Notes: generated by a model from the letters alone, not told the origin. A stretch of 64,000 bases of DNA from Trichosphaerium sp. ATCC 40318 (GCA_038496445.1 JALMLS010000075.1:355435-419434); one strand, 5' to 3'; shown: positions 1 to 12,309, counted from the stretch's first letter. Made by a program: numbers and translations.

Positions 1-876
1 ACGAAAAAAAAAAAACCACACACAGCTGTGCACTTTACATTTTTATGTTTATTCTGTTTTAGTATTTGAGCTTGATGGTAGCGTACATTCTACTCGCTCC
101 ATATGATGGAGAGCAATCTGATATCATCAACAGAATTCGCCTAGATGATAACTTGGAGCAACTACCAGAGTTCTTGTGCGTAAAAGTTTTTTTGTGATTA
201 CTGTTAAGAAACAATCGCTTATGTTTTTTTAGTAACCTTGTTAAATTGTTCCTAAATACCGAGATTTTGCCTTGGACTGTCATAGATCAACAATATCGCC
301 CTCTACTATCTAAATTAGTTGCCTTCAGTGGTGATGGATCTGAAACACGCTGGGCAGACCTTAAAACTCGCGTCACAGAACACGTATGCTTTTTTTTGCT
401 GTGTTTTTTTGGCTAATCTTAGCTCTAGAACCTTCGTACAGTAGCTGGATATTACAGCCAAATAACAACTGAGCGACTAGGCCAACTCTTGAATACTGAT
501 CAAGACGTACGTTCTAGTAGAACAAAAGTGTTCTTATGGCGATTTTTTTAATTACTCATACTGTTTATAGGGCACTGAAGCTGCAATTGCAACACTTGTC
601 AACAATAAATCCATCTACGCTAAAATTAATCGCTCACAAGGCATCGTATCATTTGTACGAAGGAGCGATCCTGCTGAGGTACGCATAATCATTTAAAACA
701 TCTTTTTTTATCTGCAAAAAGCACAACCTTTTTTTTCTTAGACTAGTACTTACGTACTTTTTTTGCAATAGATCCTTAATGATTGGGGAAGCAATGTTAG
801 CGACTTGCTAGGTCGTGTAGAGACTGTCTGCCATTTAATTCATCGCGAACGTATGACCGCAAAGGCAGGAAAGTAA
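1..876 (+). CDS. PSMD12: 26S proteasome lid subunit RPN5/PSMD12, 3' part (multi-exon, truncated by window start)
   Basis: Spliced exons read ILLAPYDGEQSD...RWADLKTRVTEH/NLRTVAGYYSQITTERLGQLL...IYAKINRSQGIVSF...ILNDWGSNVSDLLGRVETVCHLIHRE, the PCI/C-terminal signature of RPN5. TAA at 874-876 is followed by AATAAA. Confidence 0.92.
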
Positions 877-984
877 AACGTTATAAATAAACAATTAAAA
901 AAGAAAAAACGTGTTTTGTTACATAAAAAAAAAGATCGACCCAGTTACTACATCTATTTATTGTGACATCTCTGTTCTCCGTAG

Positions 985-1746
985 CTACTTTTTGTCAGGC
1001 TTACTACTTTGTCTTTCGCCTCCACAACATTCGATAAACTCTAGTATCAGGAATATCAATGCTAGCACCCAGCACAAGAACGCAGATACAATACCTATAA
1101 AATTTGATCAACGCTTTTAAGACAAAATTTTACAAGTAGTAATCGCTCCGTACCAACAAGTCCAGCTAAACCAACGCACAGGAATCCAATGAGCACGTAC
1201 CATACGGTTCTAGTCCACCATTTCACCCAGATTGAAATACGATCCAAGTACACCTAGTAGGGACTATTAAATATCTTCTCATTGCGTTGTAATGCGGATT
1301 AGCGCACTTTGATCTGAAATTCACCTACGAGGGATGACTTAGAAAAAGAGTAATTGATATGGCGTACCGAGTATGCCTAGTACTGCCAAAACAACGAGGA
1401 CTAAGAACAACGTTAGCTACCAAGCACGTAAGAGGTGCTTTTAATCATACAAATGCCTAAGAATGATATAGCCCATCCTGCGTTATTGTTATTTATCTCT
1501 GCTTCCCAATTCCAATCTGGAAAGCCGCTCTGCGACGTTTTGGGTTAAAACTTTAAATATCACGTGATTTTTTTTTTTGATACCTTTACTACGCCAATGA
1601 CACCTGTGACGATAACCTGGAATGTTTGAAATTAGAAAGAAGTAACGTGATATAATTTAAAATTGGAAGTTGCGTACCATTGCGTTAACGATTATTGCTA
1701 GTACCAGTATAACCATTTGTAATTGACCCATGCCTCCTTTTGCCAT
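985..1746 (-). CDS. Small multi-exon ~4-TM membrane protein (TVP15/COPI-associated-like, tentative)
   Basis: Exons MAKGGMGQLQMVILVLAIIVNAM/VIVTGVIGVVK/SGFPDWNW...AISFLG/...VYLDRISIWVKWWTRTVWYVLIGFLCVGLAGLV/GIVSAFLCWVLALIFLILEFIECCGG...KK*, joined by GT-AG introns. Family call is from hydrophobicity pattern only. Confidence 0.6.
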
Positions 1747-2294
1747 TTTTAAAAACTGTATTTATTTTCTTTATCACGTGTTATGTAGCTGCACTAGAAA
1801 CGCTTTCTGTGCTGTGGGTTTTGTACGATAATTGCGGTCAACCAAATTACTATCATACGTAATTTTTGAGATGTCTGCATGACAACACTGGTGGATACCT
1901 TTGGTAAAACTGATCAATAACCAAGCTGCCATGAAGCATTGGTAGTTTATGGATGTTGATTTCTATGGGCAGGGCATCCATCAGTTGATCTAACAGCAAT
2001 CATAGACAATGGCAAATTGAAGCGCAATATACCTCTATGACATTGGTCTGGAAATATCAGATCATATCCTATGCACAGCAGGTATATGGGAAACATGTAT
2101 CGATTACTGGTCATCGCAATAGTCTAGAAATACTATTTACGAATGTAACTTAATATTGGCACCTTAAAACAGAGGAGCGCCCAGATGTAACGATTGGCTG
2201 CGTGGTATCTGCCAACTGCCATCAATGTGGGCCCTTGTAGATTGAGTAGAGGTACTACGCTCTATCGAAATGAAATATTAGAAGTATAGTTTTA

Positions 2295-2509
2295 AGCTTA
2301 GGTTCTCATTTTAGGGTAAAAGATATAAAGCCATGCTCTGAAGAAAAGTTGATACAAGGTGTGAATTACTGGGTGGCTCATGTTCAAGAAGGTCGGTATC
2401 AAATGGAGATAAAACAACAAACTTCTCTACACTCCCATATCGATGTGTATTATACCGATCGATCGCATGGCACCTGTTGTTAATATTGATGTGTTCCCCT
2501 CAACACTAG
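2295..2509 (+). pseudogene. Inverted duplicate of exon 2 of the 2791-3189 gene, frameshifted by a 4-nt GATC duplication
   Basis: Near-identical reverse complement of 2791-3004. ACCGATCGATCGCATG near 2454-2469 versus ACCGATCGCATG in the intact copy. No homologous exon 1 upstream. Confidence 0.8.
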
Positions 2510-3004
2510 TCACCTTATATTTCCGATCTTGCCAGGAATGCAGAGTGAGATAAAACGATCTGTCAGTAAGTACATATTTAAATACGTTATGTAATGTGCT
2601 CCAGGTATAACACATAATACACTCACTAAAAGATACGTTCAGGATTACAGTCTTTCGCAAATACAAGAGGATATTACTTATTTTGGTTTTATTTAACAAG
2701 ATGCAAATTTATCGAGTTGCGAGGAATGATCCACACTCTGATCAGAAATTTAAGGTGTGACTACGGGATAAACCAATCCATAGTGTCAGGTCAGTGTTGA
2801 GGGGGAAATACATCAATATTAACAACAGGTGCCATGCGATCGGTATAATACACATCGATATGGGAGTGTAGAGAAGTTTGTTGTTTTATCTCCATTTGAT
2901 ACCTGCCTTCTTGAACGTGAGCCACCCAGTAATTCACACCTTGTATCAACTTTTCTTCAGAGCATGGCTTTATATCTTTTACTCTAAAATGAGAACCTAA
3001 GCTT
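2295..3004. repeat. Long inverted repeat (~215-bp arms, ~280-bp spacer)
   Basis: Arm 1 (2295-2509) and arm 2 (2791-3004) are reverse complements with a few substitutions and one 4-nt indel. Confidence 0.95.
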
Positions 3005-3189
3005 GGATTATACAAAAACAACATTGCTCGTTAAAATTTTGGACAGTTTATGCTCCCGACGCTCGTACAATATGGAGGTAATTTTTTTCTGCGACGAATG
3101 GACGCTGATGGTTGTTTATCCTCAATAACTTCTATACAATCATCAACTCCACTCTCTTGTATTGCACGCGCTTTGGATCTTGTTAACAT
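2791..3189 (-). CDS. Small two-exon hypothetical protein (~108 aa), family member A
   Basis: Exon 1 MLTRSKARAIQESGVDDCIEVIEDKQPSASIRRRKKLPPY, phase-1 GT-AG intron 2997-3068, exon 2 CSHFRVKDIKPC...NIDVFPPQH*. Paralogous to 4985-5378. Confidence 0.75.
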
Positions 3190-4984
3190 TGGTTTTGAAA
3201 TGTTTTTTGTCGAGCTTGGTTAAAAAAACGAAATGCTTAATATCTATCCTCCCAAAAAAGGTTTAGAAGCTGGTTATTGCGTAAAAGGGCATTCGTTTCG
3301 TGTACCAAGGACTTAACAACACTTTTTTTAAAAAACGAAATGTTTTGTTTCCGTTTGTTTTACAAATGAAAAAACACATTAAAGCGTGAGCTGCTACTGG
3401 TCCGTGTTGTACTTACGAGTAAGTGTTAGATAAAGCGTTCATAAATTATTTACCTAAACGTCGCGGATTCAAATCTCAAGAAGCCATCAGGTGATCAATA
3501 TCAATATTTCCGTTGCCACGAAATTCAACAATGGCAAACCCGAAACTGTTAATGATCCGCAATATTTTAAACAAAGCCTAACAAAAAACTTTTTGAACTC
3601 ACGTGATACTATGTTATTTATAATACTTACCTACTTTATGTACACCTTGAAATCCATCAAAACGTACAGCTGAGCGCCCCATTTTTTAGTAAGTTTTTCT
3701 TCGCCAAAGCTCATCATAGTTTCCTTTTTGTTTTAAACATTTGCCGATACCGATGTTACTTAGGATCCTACGCATGCTTAAATATAGAACAAAGCGAATC
3801 AAGCCTAATTAGAAAAAAAAAAAGATAGTTTTTGGGTTCACAAGTGCTGGTCTACCACCCACGTGACTTTTATACTTTAGAGTGAGCATATTCTGGCTTC
3901 GCGGAAAAATAAAAAAAAAGTGTTGGATGGTTTGCAATAGTTCGTACGTTTTTTTAAACCAACGCCAGACTTCGCATTCACTGTCGAATAACAAAATTAC
4001 TAACATTCACGTGCCTTTGTGCCTTTTTGTTTGTAACAGTATTTAGTTATTTTGAAAATAGTCAGCGATTAACTTGTAATTGATAATGGACTATATGGTA
4101 CACAGTATAGGTGGCTTTATGACCCTGTCAATGAATCAATCAATCCTTCTTAGATAGAGTCTTTAACACAAGCTGGCCTTCGTGTCGCCTCTTTGGGGCT
4201 GTTTTAATGGTTTGAACCACGTTGCGAAATTAGCTCCACCGAAAATCAACAAACGGTGTAGCAGAGAAGGGAATGTACTTACCAACGATAACAGGGCTAT
4301 CCTCGCCTTTTTAAAAATAAAAGGTTCTTGCTTCTTGAGGCCAAGCCACCTCACTTTGTTAGGAGGCTAAAGCAGCCTTGCTGTGGGGATACCGCTTGCT
4401 TGGAATAATTCATATATTGGCAATCAGAATATCAATCAAGCGCAGAATATCACGTGCATGTTGAAGAGGTGTACGAGGTATGTATCGTATTGTTTATAAT
4501 CTGTTTGATTTTATTGATTCTTAATACACTCCAGACGTGTTTATCGTGGATTTTGCTCGCCTTGATTGTTCGTAGTTATAGATCGAATTAAATAAACGAA
4601 ATCACGCAAAAAAAGGAAGTACTAGTGTCAAATTCGCGCAATGCTGCGCTTTTCATGTCTACATGACACCTGGTGTCTTTTTAAAGGTATTCGTAGGATT
4701 AAGGTATATCGTATAAAGTTGTATTTCCAAATTGGGAGTTTGCTTAGTCATGGTTGTTACTTCAAGACTACCTAAGATTCAGACACTTGAGATACCCACG
4801 TGTTGACAATGCTAATAGCGTGTAGTAAACCATAAAAAATTCAATAAGAAGATTACCAGTCGTGAAGGCGTTTCAAGTGTTTTGCCGTTTATCTTTTTTT
4901 TTTGAAGTTTTTTTTGACATATATAATTCATTCAATCCTGAGCAAGAGGCGACCGCGACCAGAAAAAACTTGTACATATAAGTT

Positions 4985-5378
4985 TCAGTTCAACGATTGT
5001 GGTGGGAATACATAAACTGTAGCAAGAGGGGCAGTTCTACCTCGATAAAAAACACCAACGTGGGACATCAAGGATGTCTCTGTTTTCTCTTCTAGCTGGA
5101 ACTTTCCGTCTCTCGTGTTCATTGTGAAGTAGTTCACGCCCCGTATTAAGGTTTCATAATAGCAGGGCTGGACATCTTTCAGTCTAAAGGTATAACCTAG
5201 ACTTTGAGTTAACCAATTTTTTTCTGTTAAACCTTTTAGTAGGCATGTTACAACAAAGAGCACTCACCAAGGCCGCCATATTTTTCTTTACGGATAACGG
5301 GAACACTAGGGGTTTATCTTTATCAACAGCTTCTTTGGGTTTAACTGGCTGAGCTCTTGCTTTTGCACGTGTCAGCAT
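4985..5378 (-). pseudogene. Paralog B of the small two-exon family, with an apparent 1-nt deletion in exon 1
   Basis: MLTRAKARAQ... exon 1 and exon 2 GYTFRLKDVQPCYYETLIRGVNY...VYVFPPQSLN*. The splice phase only fits if one base is restored in the G4 run at 5309-5312. Confidence 0.6.
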
Positions 5379-7403
5379 AACTTTTGAATAAGTTTGAGGT
5401 TGTAACCCAAAAAAAAAAGAAGACATCCCTTAATTACAATATCCTCCCAAGAAGATCCTAAGAAGTCTTCAGCTTGTTTTTAATCAATTACAAGCCGTTT
5501 TAAGGTTCTTAGGGCGTTAAACTTCCAAGTAAAACAAGAAAAAAAAAATTCATTAGAAGCATTATAGACCACTTGTAGGTACGAGTACATGAAGATCGAG
5601 GAGCTCAACTATTACGTGGCTGATGTTATAACTCTTCTGTCTAGGATTGTGTAGTCCTAACAACTGCTGAAGGTGTCGGTCTATTGAATCAGGTGCCAAT
5701 TAAATGATTCTGTGTAGAATTATTTATCGTAGTAGCTGGTGGCTTCTATGACCACTTACAAACGTCAAAAGCAGGTAATCATTAATTCTATTTTCTACAA
5801 CACCAATGACAAAATCTTCATTAATTTGATCATGTAACCTCACTATTCTTGCGTGAAAATAGAAAGCAACAATTGTAAAGTGCTTGTTATGGCATAAAAC
5901 CCTCTGACAGCAATTACAATCGTAACAACTTCGAAATTTGTTTAAAAGTGTTAATGCAATAATGTAGTGCTGCACGGCCGTATCAACACAACCACGTGCT
6001 TTAAAACTCGATTTTCTGAAAAAAAAAAGAAAAATTGTTTTATTGCTTTTGTTACTTCACTGTCGCCCTGACGTAAAAAATCACGTGCCTTGGCAAAGGT
6101 CCTTGTTTTCCTTTTTGACAAAAAAACTGCTTCGAATTTCTTTTTTTTTTTATTTTCGAATGTCTATCCTTTCATCTATTGTTAATTTCTAACCTAGCGT
6201 ATTCGAAAACTCGTTGCCTATTAAAGGAAACTCACTTGAACAGTGAAGTGTACATGTGGAGTGAATCTAAGAACACAAAAGCCAAAACAGAAGTGTCCTT
6301 GTATTTTGGTTGTATTCCTTCGTAGTTCACAGATGTTCCTAAATTAGCAATAAACGTAGTGCCTCAACCACCGTTGATGTAGATATCGGCGCTCATACGT
6401 ATTAGTGCGTAAATAGATAAAAATCTTTTTTACAACATTTGATTTTACTTATTTTAGGAAAAGGGTAGGCCGTAGGTATGTAAGCAATGACCTGTACCAA
6501 CGAAAATAATGAGGTGGCTCCATAGAAAAACTTAGATATAGGATAAAGCTTTTGAAGCTGGTTCACGTGACCTCCACGTGATTAAGATGGTCTAAACGTA
6601 CATTATACAGTAGATGTAATTTTTTGAAAACTAACAATTTGTACCCCTAAGAATGGACCAATGGTACATATCCTAACGTTGATAGTCGATTCTCTTGGCG
6701 TAATAAAAAAACTGCGAACCTTTACGCAATCTTTCTATATCCTCGTTTGCTTTAGTACAAATAGCTTCTTACGTAACGAAATCTGACACCGACAACTTTG
6801 AAGACAACGCAGATTGTGACTTATCATAGTTTTTACCAAAACGTATCCTCTCACTTCTTCGTGAGCACGAAGAATACACGAGAGCTATGGACACCAAATG
6901 TCTAACCGACATCAATAATTAACTTTCATTTCGGAAAACTAGTACGCGTACCTCGTATATCTTATCAATCAAACTTGAACGAGATTGAGTAAAATTTGTT
7001 GAGTGACTTTAAATGGATTTTGGATAGCAAAACCCAGTTTTGCCCAACTAAGCAAAAAACAATCAACTCAACAAGAGAAACACAACACCTCTAATACTTT
7101 ACAAACAATAAAATGTCATCAAGCGCTTCCCTACTTGCGACATACAGAGCGGAAAAATATTATTATCTAGGAGAGAGACATTGTAAGTAGCTTTCACCAA
7201 ATTTTTCGATCAAAAAAAACCACAGTAAAAAATCAATCAAACAAATCTTCAAAACGGAAACTAGCCCTCCACCATTTTACCTAGGATTTGCCTACAAAAA
7301 ACATTTCCACAAGCGTTTACGGGTGTTTCCGAGCTGCGGATTCTTTTTTTTTTGGAGAATTTTTCTAATGTAGACAGTATTTTGACGTTATACTAAGTAT
7401 ACT

Positions 7404-7697
7404 ATGCAAAAGAAAAGGAGTAGATATGGGATGTTTTGGGGATGCTCTAATTTCGACCAGACAGGTTGTAGAGGACTTATACCTATCGACACAAAGAACG
7501 GTGTTTCGCACGCCAGAAAACAGGAGTTGGAAGAAACACCTTTTCCTGAGCTTCAGGCAGAAGGCCAACTTCATCTGTTAACCGTAAAGAAATTACGAGA
7601 GTATTGTAGAGAGAATGGTATTCGTATAGGTGGTAACAAACCTGTACTACTTGAGCGTATCACTCAACATCTTAATTCTAAGAAATTAAGTAAATAA
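7404..7697 (+). CDS. Topoisomerase-type zinc-ribbon half plus SAP DNA-binding domain; 5' structure unresolved (possible exon from ATG 7113)
   Basis: RSRYGMFWGCSNFDQTGCRG resembles the zf-C4_Topoisom GxFWGCSxYPxC motif. LHLLTVKKLREYCRENGIRIGGNKPVLLERI is a SAP motif. AATAAA lies downstream. Confidence 0.7.
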   Translation: MQKKRSRYGMFWGCSNFDQTGCRGLIPIDTKNGVSHARKQELEETPFPELQAEGQLHLLTVKKLREYCRENGIRIGGNKPVLLERITQHLNSKKLSK

Positions 7698-8370
7698 TTG
7701 TATTTGTAAATAAAATTGTAGCGTTTCTATGTATTCATTTACTTCAGTTAAATCAGAAAACTGATATAGCCGAGTAACTCAGCATTTACATCGAGCTAAC
7801 AATGTGAGTTTGACAATGATATCTGACCACTAAAGGAACATATATTTCGACGAAATGCAGCCTACTGCTTTTGGTAGTCATTTGATTAAACCACGTCAAT
7901 GTAACTAAATGTGTCTAAAACAAACATGAAAGTTCTGTAAATGTTTAATAGGGTTGTTTAGCTGTAGTAGAAGCCATGACAAAAATGTGACATGCTATGA
8001 ACAAAAGCCTGTTTAAGACTGCTTGTTTCTCGAGGTGTCTGGCTATCACGGTCCTTTATATCCCTAGATACAACGTGATCACAGCCTATCTTCACGTGGG
8101 ATGAAAACTGTTCACTAAGAAGTGTTAGGGCTAAAATTTTTTAAAACATTTTACCATGTCATGAGCTTCTTACAAATACTACAGGTACCTTTCACTTTAG
8201 ATATCATATTCAAAATTATCTGCTTACGGCAACTAAGAAATTCGTTAACAAAACAACATTATACAGTCACAGTTCCCGAACGAAGAGTGACATTAGTCAA
8301 TGTTGACGTTGATAATTGAAAGGTAATACAAGTACATGCTTATAAATGAACAGTATATACATGATTTTTT

Positions 8371-8568
8371 TTATGTACCTCCTACTGGTGTACGACAAAT
8401 AGGGCAGTTAGGTCTAGTGTTGACCAAACAATCGTGGCAGAATGTATTTTCGCATGTCTCGTGTGTGACTGGGTCGGTAAATAGCTCATAGCATATAGGA
8501 CACATTAATTCCTCGTCTGTCGTTTCTAATGGATCAAATAAAGGAGTTGTAGTAAAGGAAGCCATCAT
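8371..8568 (-). CDS. Minimal RING-finger protein (possible short second exon to ~8259)
   Basis: CPICYELFTDPVTHETCENTFCHDC...CPICR RING-HC-like pattern, with Asn at the usual His position. Confidence 0.75.
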   Translation of the reverse strand: MMASFTTTPLFDPLETTDEELMCPICYELFTDPVTHETCENTFCHDCLVNTRPNCPICRTPVGGT

Positions 8569-8869
8569 GCTGGGAGAGAAAGTAAAAACTAAACTAGTTT
8601 ATCAAATTTATTTCGCAAAAAAGTAAACGACATTTCTTCGATTGGACGCTTCGTCGAGAAATAAAACATTTACTAGTAAAGGAGCCAAGCAATTTATTCA
8701 ATGTATAATTTCAAAGCTTATTCACGTAGCCAGACTAGCTAGATCATAGTGTTTGAACCAGGTGTATAAGGAAGAGTTTATTGAGAAGTCTTTGCAATGT
8801 ACAACTTTTATTATGATTTGGACACGGTTGCTCTATTTTTTTTGGTACATACGTTACATTTAAAAGTTA

Positions 8870-9867
8870 TTATAGGTATGTTACAACACCTGGGGGCATT
8901 CTAGGGTACCATTGATCTGTTACTCTTTGGTATATACTAGGCTCAATCACAAGGTCAAAAATAATGTCGAAAATCTCCCTTGGTAACACTCCAAAATTAG
9001 AACTCTCTTCGTAATAACCAATAAACAATATACGTAATACATTCCAATGTTCAGTCAATACAACAGAATTCCTGATTTTACGCAAATAACGTTTCTTTCT
9101 GCTCACTAATAACTTGTGTCTTTTTCCTCTCAAGTGTTGAATAAGCTGCTTTGTCGTGTAACACGTTACCCTACATTCATCGCATCCATTGTGAGTACCT
9201 CTTGAATAATTGTATCTACAAGACGTATTTTTTACCTTGCACGTGTACGAAGGGGATGTATGTTGTTCCCAACATAATACACATTTTGTTTCTTTCTTTT
9301 TTGGTTTTGGACCATGTATTGCTTCCACGTGCTCTTGAATAGATTTAATCGAAGTACAGGTCACTGTCTTTCGAGGTAAGCATAACGGACACGGATCTGT
9401 TTTACATTCATTGTACCATTGTAAAGGGTCCGTTTGCTAAGACGTTTGGTTATCCTACGCGCACAAATGTTGTATTGTTTGTTGTTGAGTGTAATTGTTT
9501 TGAATACATTAACATGGTATCTTTCGTATCTCCTCCGTCTGATGGGATCTGCAAAGCCAAAAATACGTGCACAATCATTAGAGAGATGCTGTGTACCTTC
9601 TAAGAACTCTTTTGATGCTGAACATACGTGTACAAACTCAGAACCGAATAACTTTGTCCAGTTATCTTTTACAAACTGTATGCGAGACTGGATATCAAAC
9701 TTTGGAGTGTTGTAAACTTTTATCCATTTATCATCTCCCGCTGCTCCTTTGAACCCAGGGCCGTTTAAAATAATAGTATTATAAGAGCAAACTTGTATTT
9801 GGTAGAATACGCTTGCGTGGTATTGAGGACCTGGGTAGTCAACGAGTAATATAGAGCTTCGCATCAT
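8870..9867 (-). pseudogene. Intronless zinc-finger protein with C-terminal F-box/SOCS-like helix; frameshifted paralog of 54783-55790
   Basis: ORFs 9361-9957 and 8870-9364 together align with the single 340-aa ORF at 54768. Restoring one base near 9428-9435 gives DPLQWYNECKTDPCPLC, matching YPFMWTNSSRVDPCPIC. Confidence 0.8.
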
Positions 9868-10515
9868 GGTACGGTACGTAACCTCGTTTTGAATGCAACA
9901 CTCGAGTTTCAATGAAGGTTTTTCAACGAGTAATATGGACATTACCAGTGTGCCCAAACAATATTGAGATACTTAACCCTCTTAATGAGAGTCAAAATGA
10001 AAGCTTAACGGCCTGACATACTTATTATTAGGGGAGCACCAGCTATTAATGGAAGAAGGGCATAATGAAATTGCATGACGCATCACAAAACCATACGCAC
10101 GTGACTTTTTTTTTTTACCTAAAACTTTGAAGATGTCATCTATGCCGTAATGTTACCACAAGCCCATATTTAGGCGTTAATGCGATTGCGTCGCAGGTAG
10201 CATTATACGTATTTTTAGTGCACAGGAACGCTATTTCTCAACCTCTGCAACAGTAAAAAATCTCAGTCTTTTTGAGCAAAAGCTACCTGAAAAATTTAGC
10301 AAGTGCAACTACAACATAATGAACGTTAGATCAGTTCTTCTGAGATCCCAATCTGCAACTACGACGTTCTTTGGGAGGTAAGGAACACATCTGTCCCTGA
10401 CAGATAGCTCAGGCGCAGAGCGAGCGTGTGTGGTTTATTTACATAGCGAACACGTTCGCAAATGAAAAGAAAAATGTACAAAAAACATAAAAAGAATTTT
10501 TAAAAAAAAAAATTT

Positions 10516-10764
10516 TTAGGGTGCGGTGGGAGGGTGATTTCTACTCGCTATCTGAAGAGTTGTTGTTGTTATTGCTGTCAATTTGTCGTCGGATCTCTGG
10601 TCTATCCTGTTCAAACGTCTGAAATGTGCTTCATGTTCAGTCATTATCTCGGATCTTTTTAATGAAAGCGCTGTTAGTGTATCTTGTATGATACCTCGTA
10701 TGGTAAAACTCATGAGCCACAAATAAAGGTGAAATCGTTGTGTTTCGTTTTGAGGTAAGTTCAC
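10516..10764 (-). CDS. Hypothetical protein
   Basis: 82-codon ORF with protein-like composition but a GTG start and no recognisable domain. Confidence 0.2.
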   Translation of the reverse strand: MNLPQNETQRFHLYLWLMSFTIRGIIQDTLTALSLKRSEIMTEHEAHFRRLNRIDQRSDDKLTAITTTTLQIASRNHPPTAP

Positions 10765-11583
10765 GTGCGCAAAACTGCAATTTATTTAGTAAAAGAAAAC
10801 AAACAAGTACTTGATGTAACTTAAGTTAGGCAAACGATCCCTACAGTACATCAGGCCCAGTAGAAGGGTAATTAGTTTTATCTAAATCATTGATGCCTTT
10901 TTCTTTGCTTCAACATTTATGTCGTACTTACTCACATCTTAGGAATTTACCATTCATAGGACATATCACAATCATGAATTATTTTCCTTCACTTCAAATT
11001 CGCCCTTATTAGCGTTCTGGGTTTGTTTGTAATTATTAACCGCGAGTGAAATACAATTTATTCAAAGTACTGGCACCTTTATTGCTAGTTCCTTTTTTTT
11101 TCTTGTGCATAGTTGACAGTAGAGTTATAGCCAGATACAAAAAAAAAATTCTTAACTTGTGTTGCTATTAAACATCCACTCTAAAATCAAGCCAAGTGTC
11201 TAAACCCACATACACGTGCGATTTGTTTGTTTTGAATTTCAGTATTAAATTTGAAGACGCTTCCTTATTGTTTGCTTCATATTGGAGGCTAATTGTGTAC
11301 TCATAACTGTTAAGGACACTGATCCCCAAATTCGTGTTTTGTTTCTATATTTTATGTAGTTTTATTGTTATTTCAGCGAAATTCTCTTCAGTACATTTCG
11401 TCTGACTAATTCTCGTTTTCGCTTTTTTCACCATAAAAGCGAGTTGCAAACTGTGTTCTCTTCTTAAAAAGGAATCACCACAAGCAAATTCGCGTGGAAG
11501 GAACGTTTTAAACAGTTTAATACAACCATATGCCCGAAGGCAGTACAATAACTTCCAACCCGAATAAAACATTAAAAAACGCC

Positions 11584-12309
11584 ATGAGACTATCAGATTT
11601 ACCAGTAGAGCTTCATTTATGCATTTGCGAAACTAGCGCGGAAATCTACAAGCTGTGGCCCATTCTATGCAAGAAAACAGCTACAACTAGTAGGCACGAT
11701 AAACGATTAAACAAACACGGAACCTTTAAATCGTTTAACACCGAAACGGGTCGGGTAGTTAAGCAAGGATCCTTTAAGCATGGCAAAGAAAATGGTGTTT
11801 TTAAAAAATGGTCTGATGACGGACAGCTTGAATGTAAATGTAGATATAAGAAGGGTGTACTTGATGGTACGTTTCGTAAATGGACAGAGGGCGTATTAGC
11901 AGCAGAATTAAAGTACAACAAAGGTGTACTTTCGGGTCGAAAAGAATACGAAGAAGGAAATATTGTCAAGTCCATAAAATACTCCACAGGCAAGGACGGT
12001 GTAAAACGTGGCCTTTACAAAGAATGGTATACAAATGGTAACCAAAAAGCGGAGCATACTCTCGTTAACGGACAGATGGAAGGAATGATAAAGAAGTGGT
12101 ATCCGAACGGACATTTGAGGGTTGTTCATTTTTATAAAGACGCAATGTATTATGGAAAGTTTGAGAGTTGGTATGACAATGGTAACAAGCAGAAAGAAGC
12201 TTATTATAAGAAAGACTTACTAGATGGAGAGTATAAAACATGGTCACGTGATGGTGAGGCCACAGGTGTATACTGGTATAAACGAGGCAAGAAAGTAAGG
12301 GTCGAGTAG
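11584..12309 (+). CDS. Intronless F-box-like plus MORN-variant (YwqK/MORN_2) repeat protein
   Basis: N-terminal LSDLPVELHLCIC...LCK, then repeats GxYKxWYxNGxxxxxxxYKxGxLDG. AATAAA after the stop. Confidence 0.88.
   Translation: MRLSDLPVELHLCICETSAEIYKLWPILCKKTATTSRHDKRLNKHGTFKSFNTETGRVVKQGSFKHGKENGVFKKWSDDGQLECKCRYKKGVLDGTFRKWTEGVLAAELKYNKGVLSGRKEYEEGNIVKSIKYSTGKDGVKRGLYKEWYTNGNQKAEHTLVNGQMEGMIKKWYPNGHLRVVHFYKDAMYYGKFESWYDNGNKQKEAYYKKDLLDGEYKTWSRDGEATGVYWYKRGKKVRVE

Noticed and set aside
7383-7385. In-frame TGA upstream of the zinc-ribbon/SAP ORF as possible selenocysteine
   Set aside because: The splice phase from the upstream exon does not join this frame, and no SECIS was recognised.
9361-9364. 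GTGA stop/start overlap resembling prokaryotic translational coupling
   Set aside because: The paralog at 54783 is a single ORF. The overlap results from a frameshift upstream, near 9430.
9839-9936. 14-bp direct repeat TCAACGAGTAATAT (SILLVD/SILLVE) at the 5' boundary of the duplicated gene
   Set aside because: It could be a junction scar, but it is a single short AT-rich match and does not bracket the gene, so it is not a TSD.
8870-12309. Integrated giant-virus segment
   Set aside because: No capsid, polymerase, packaging ATPase or integrase genes. The virus-like genes are isolated and dispersed.
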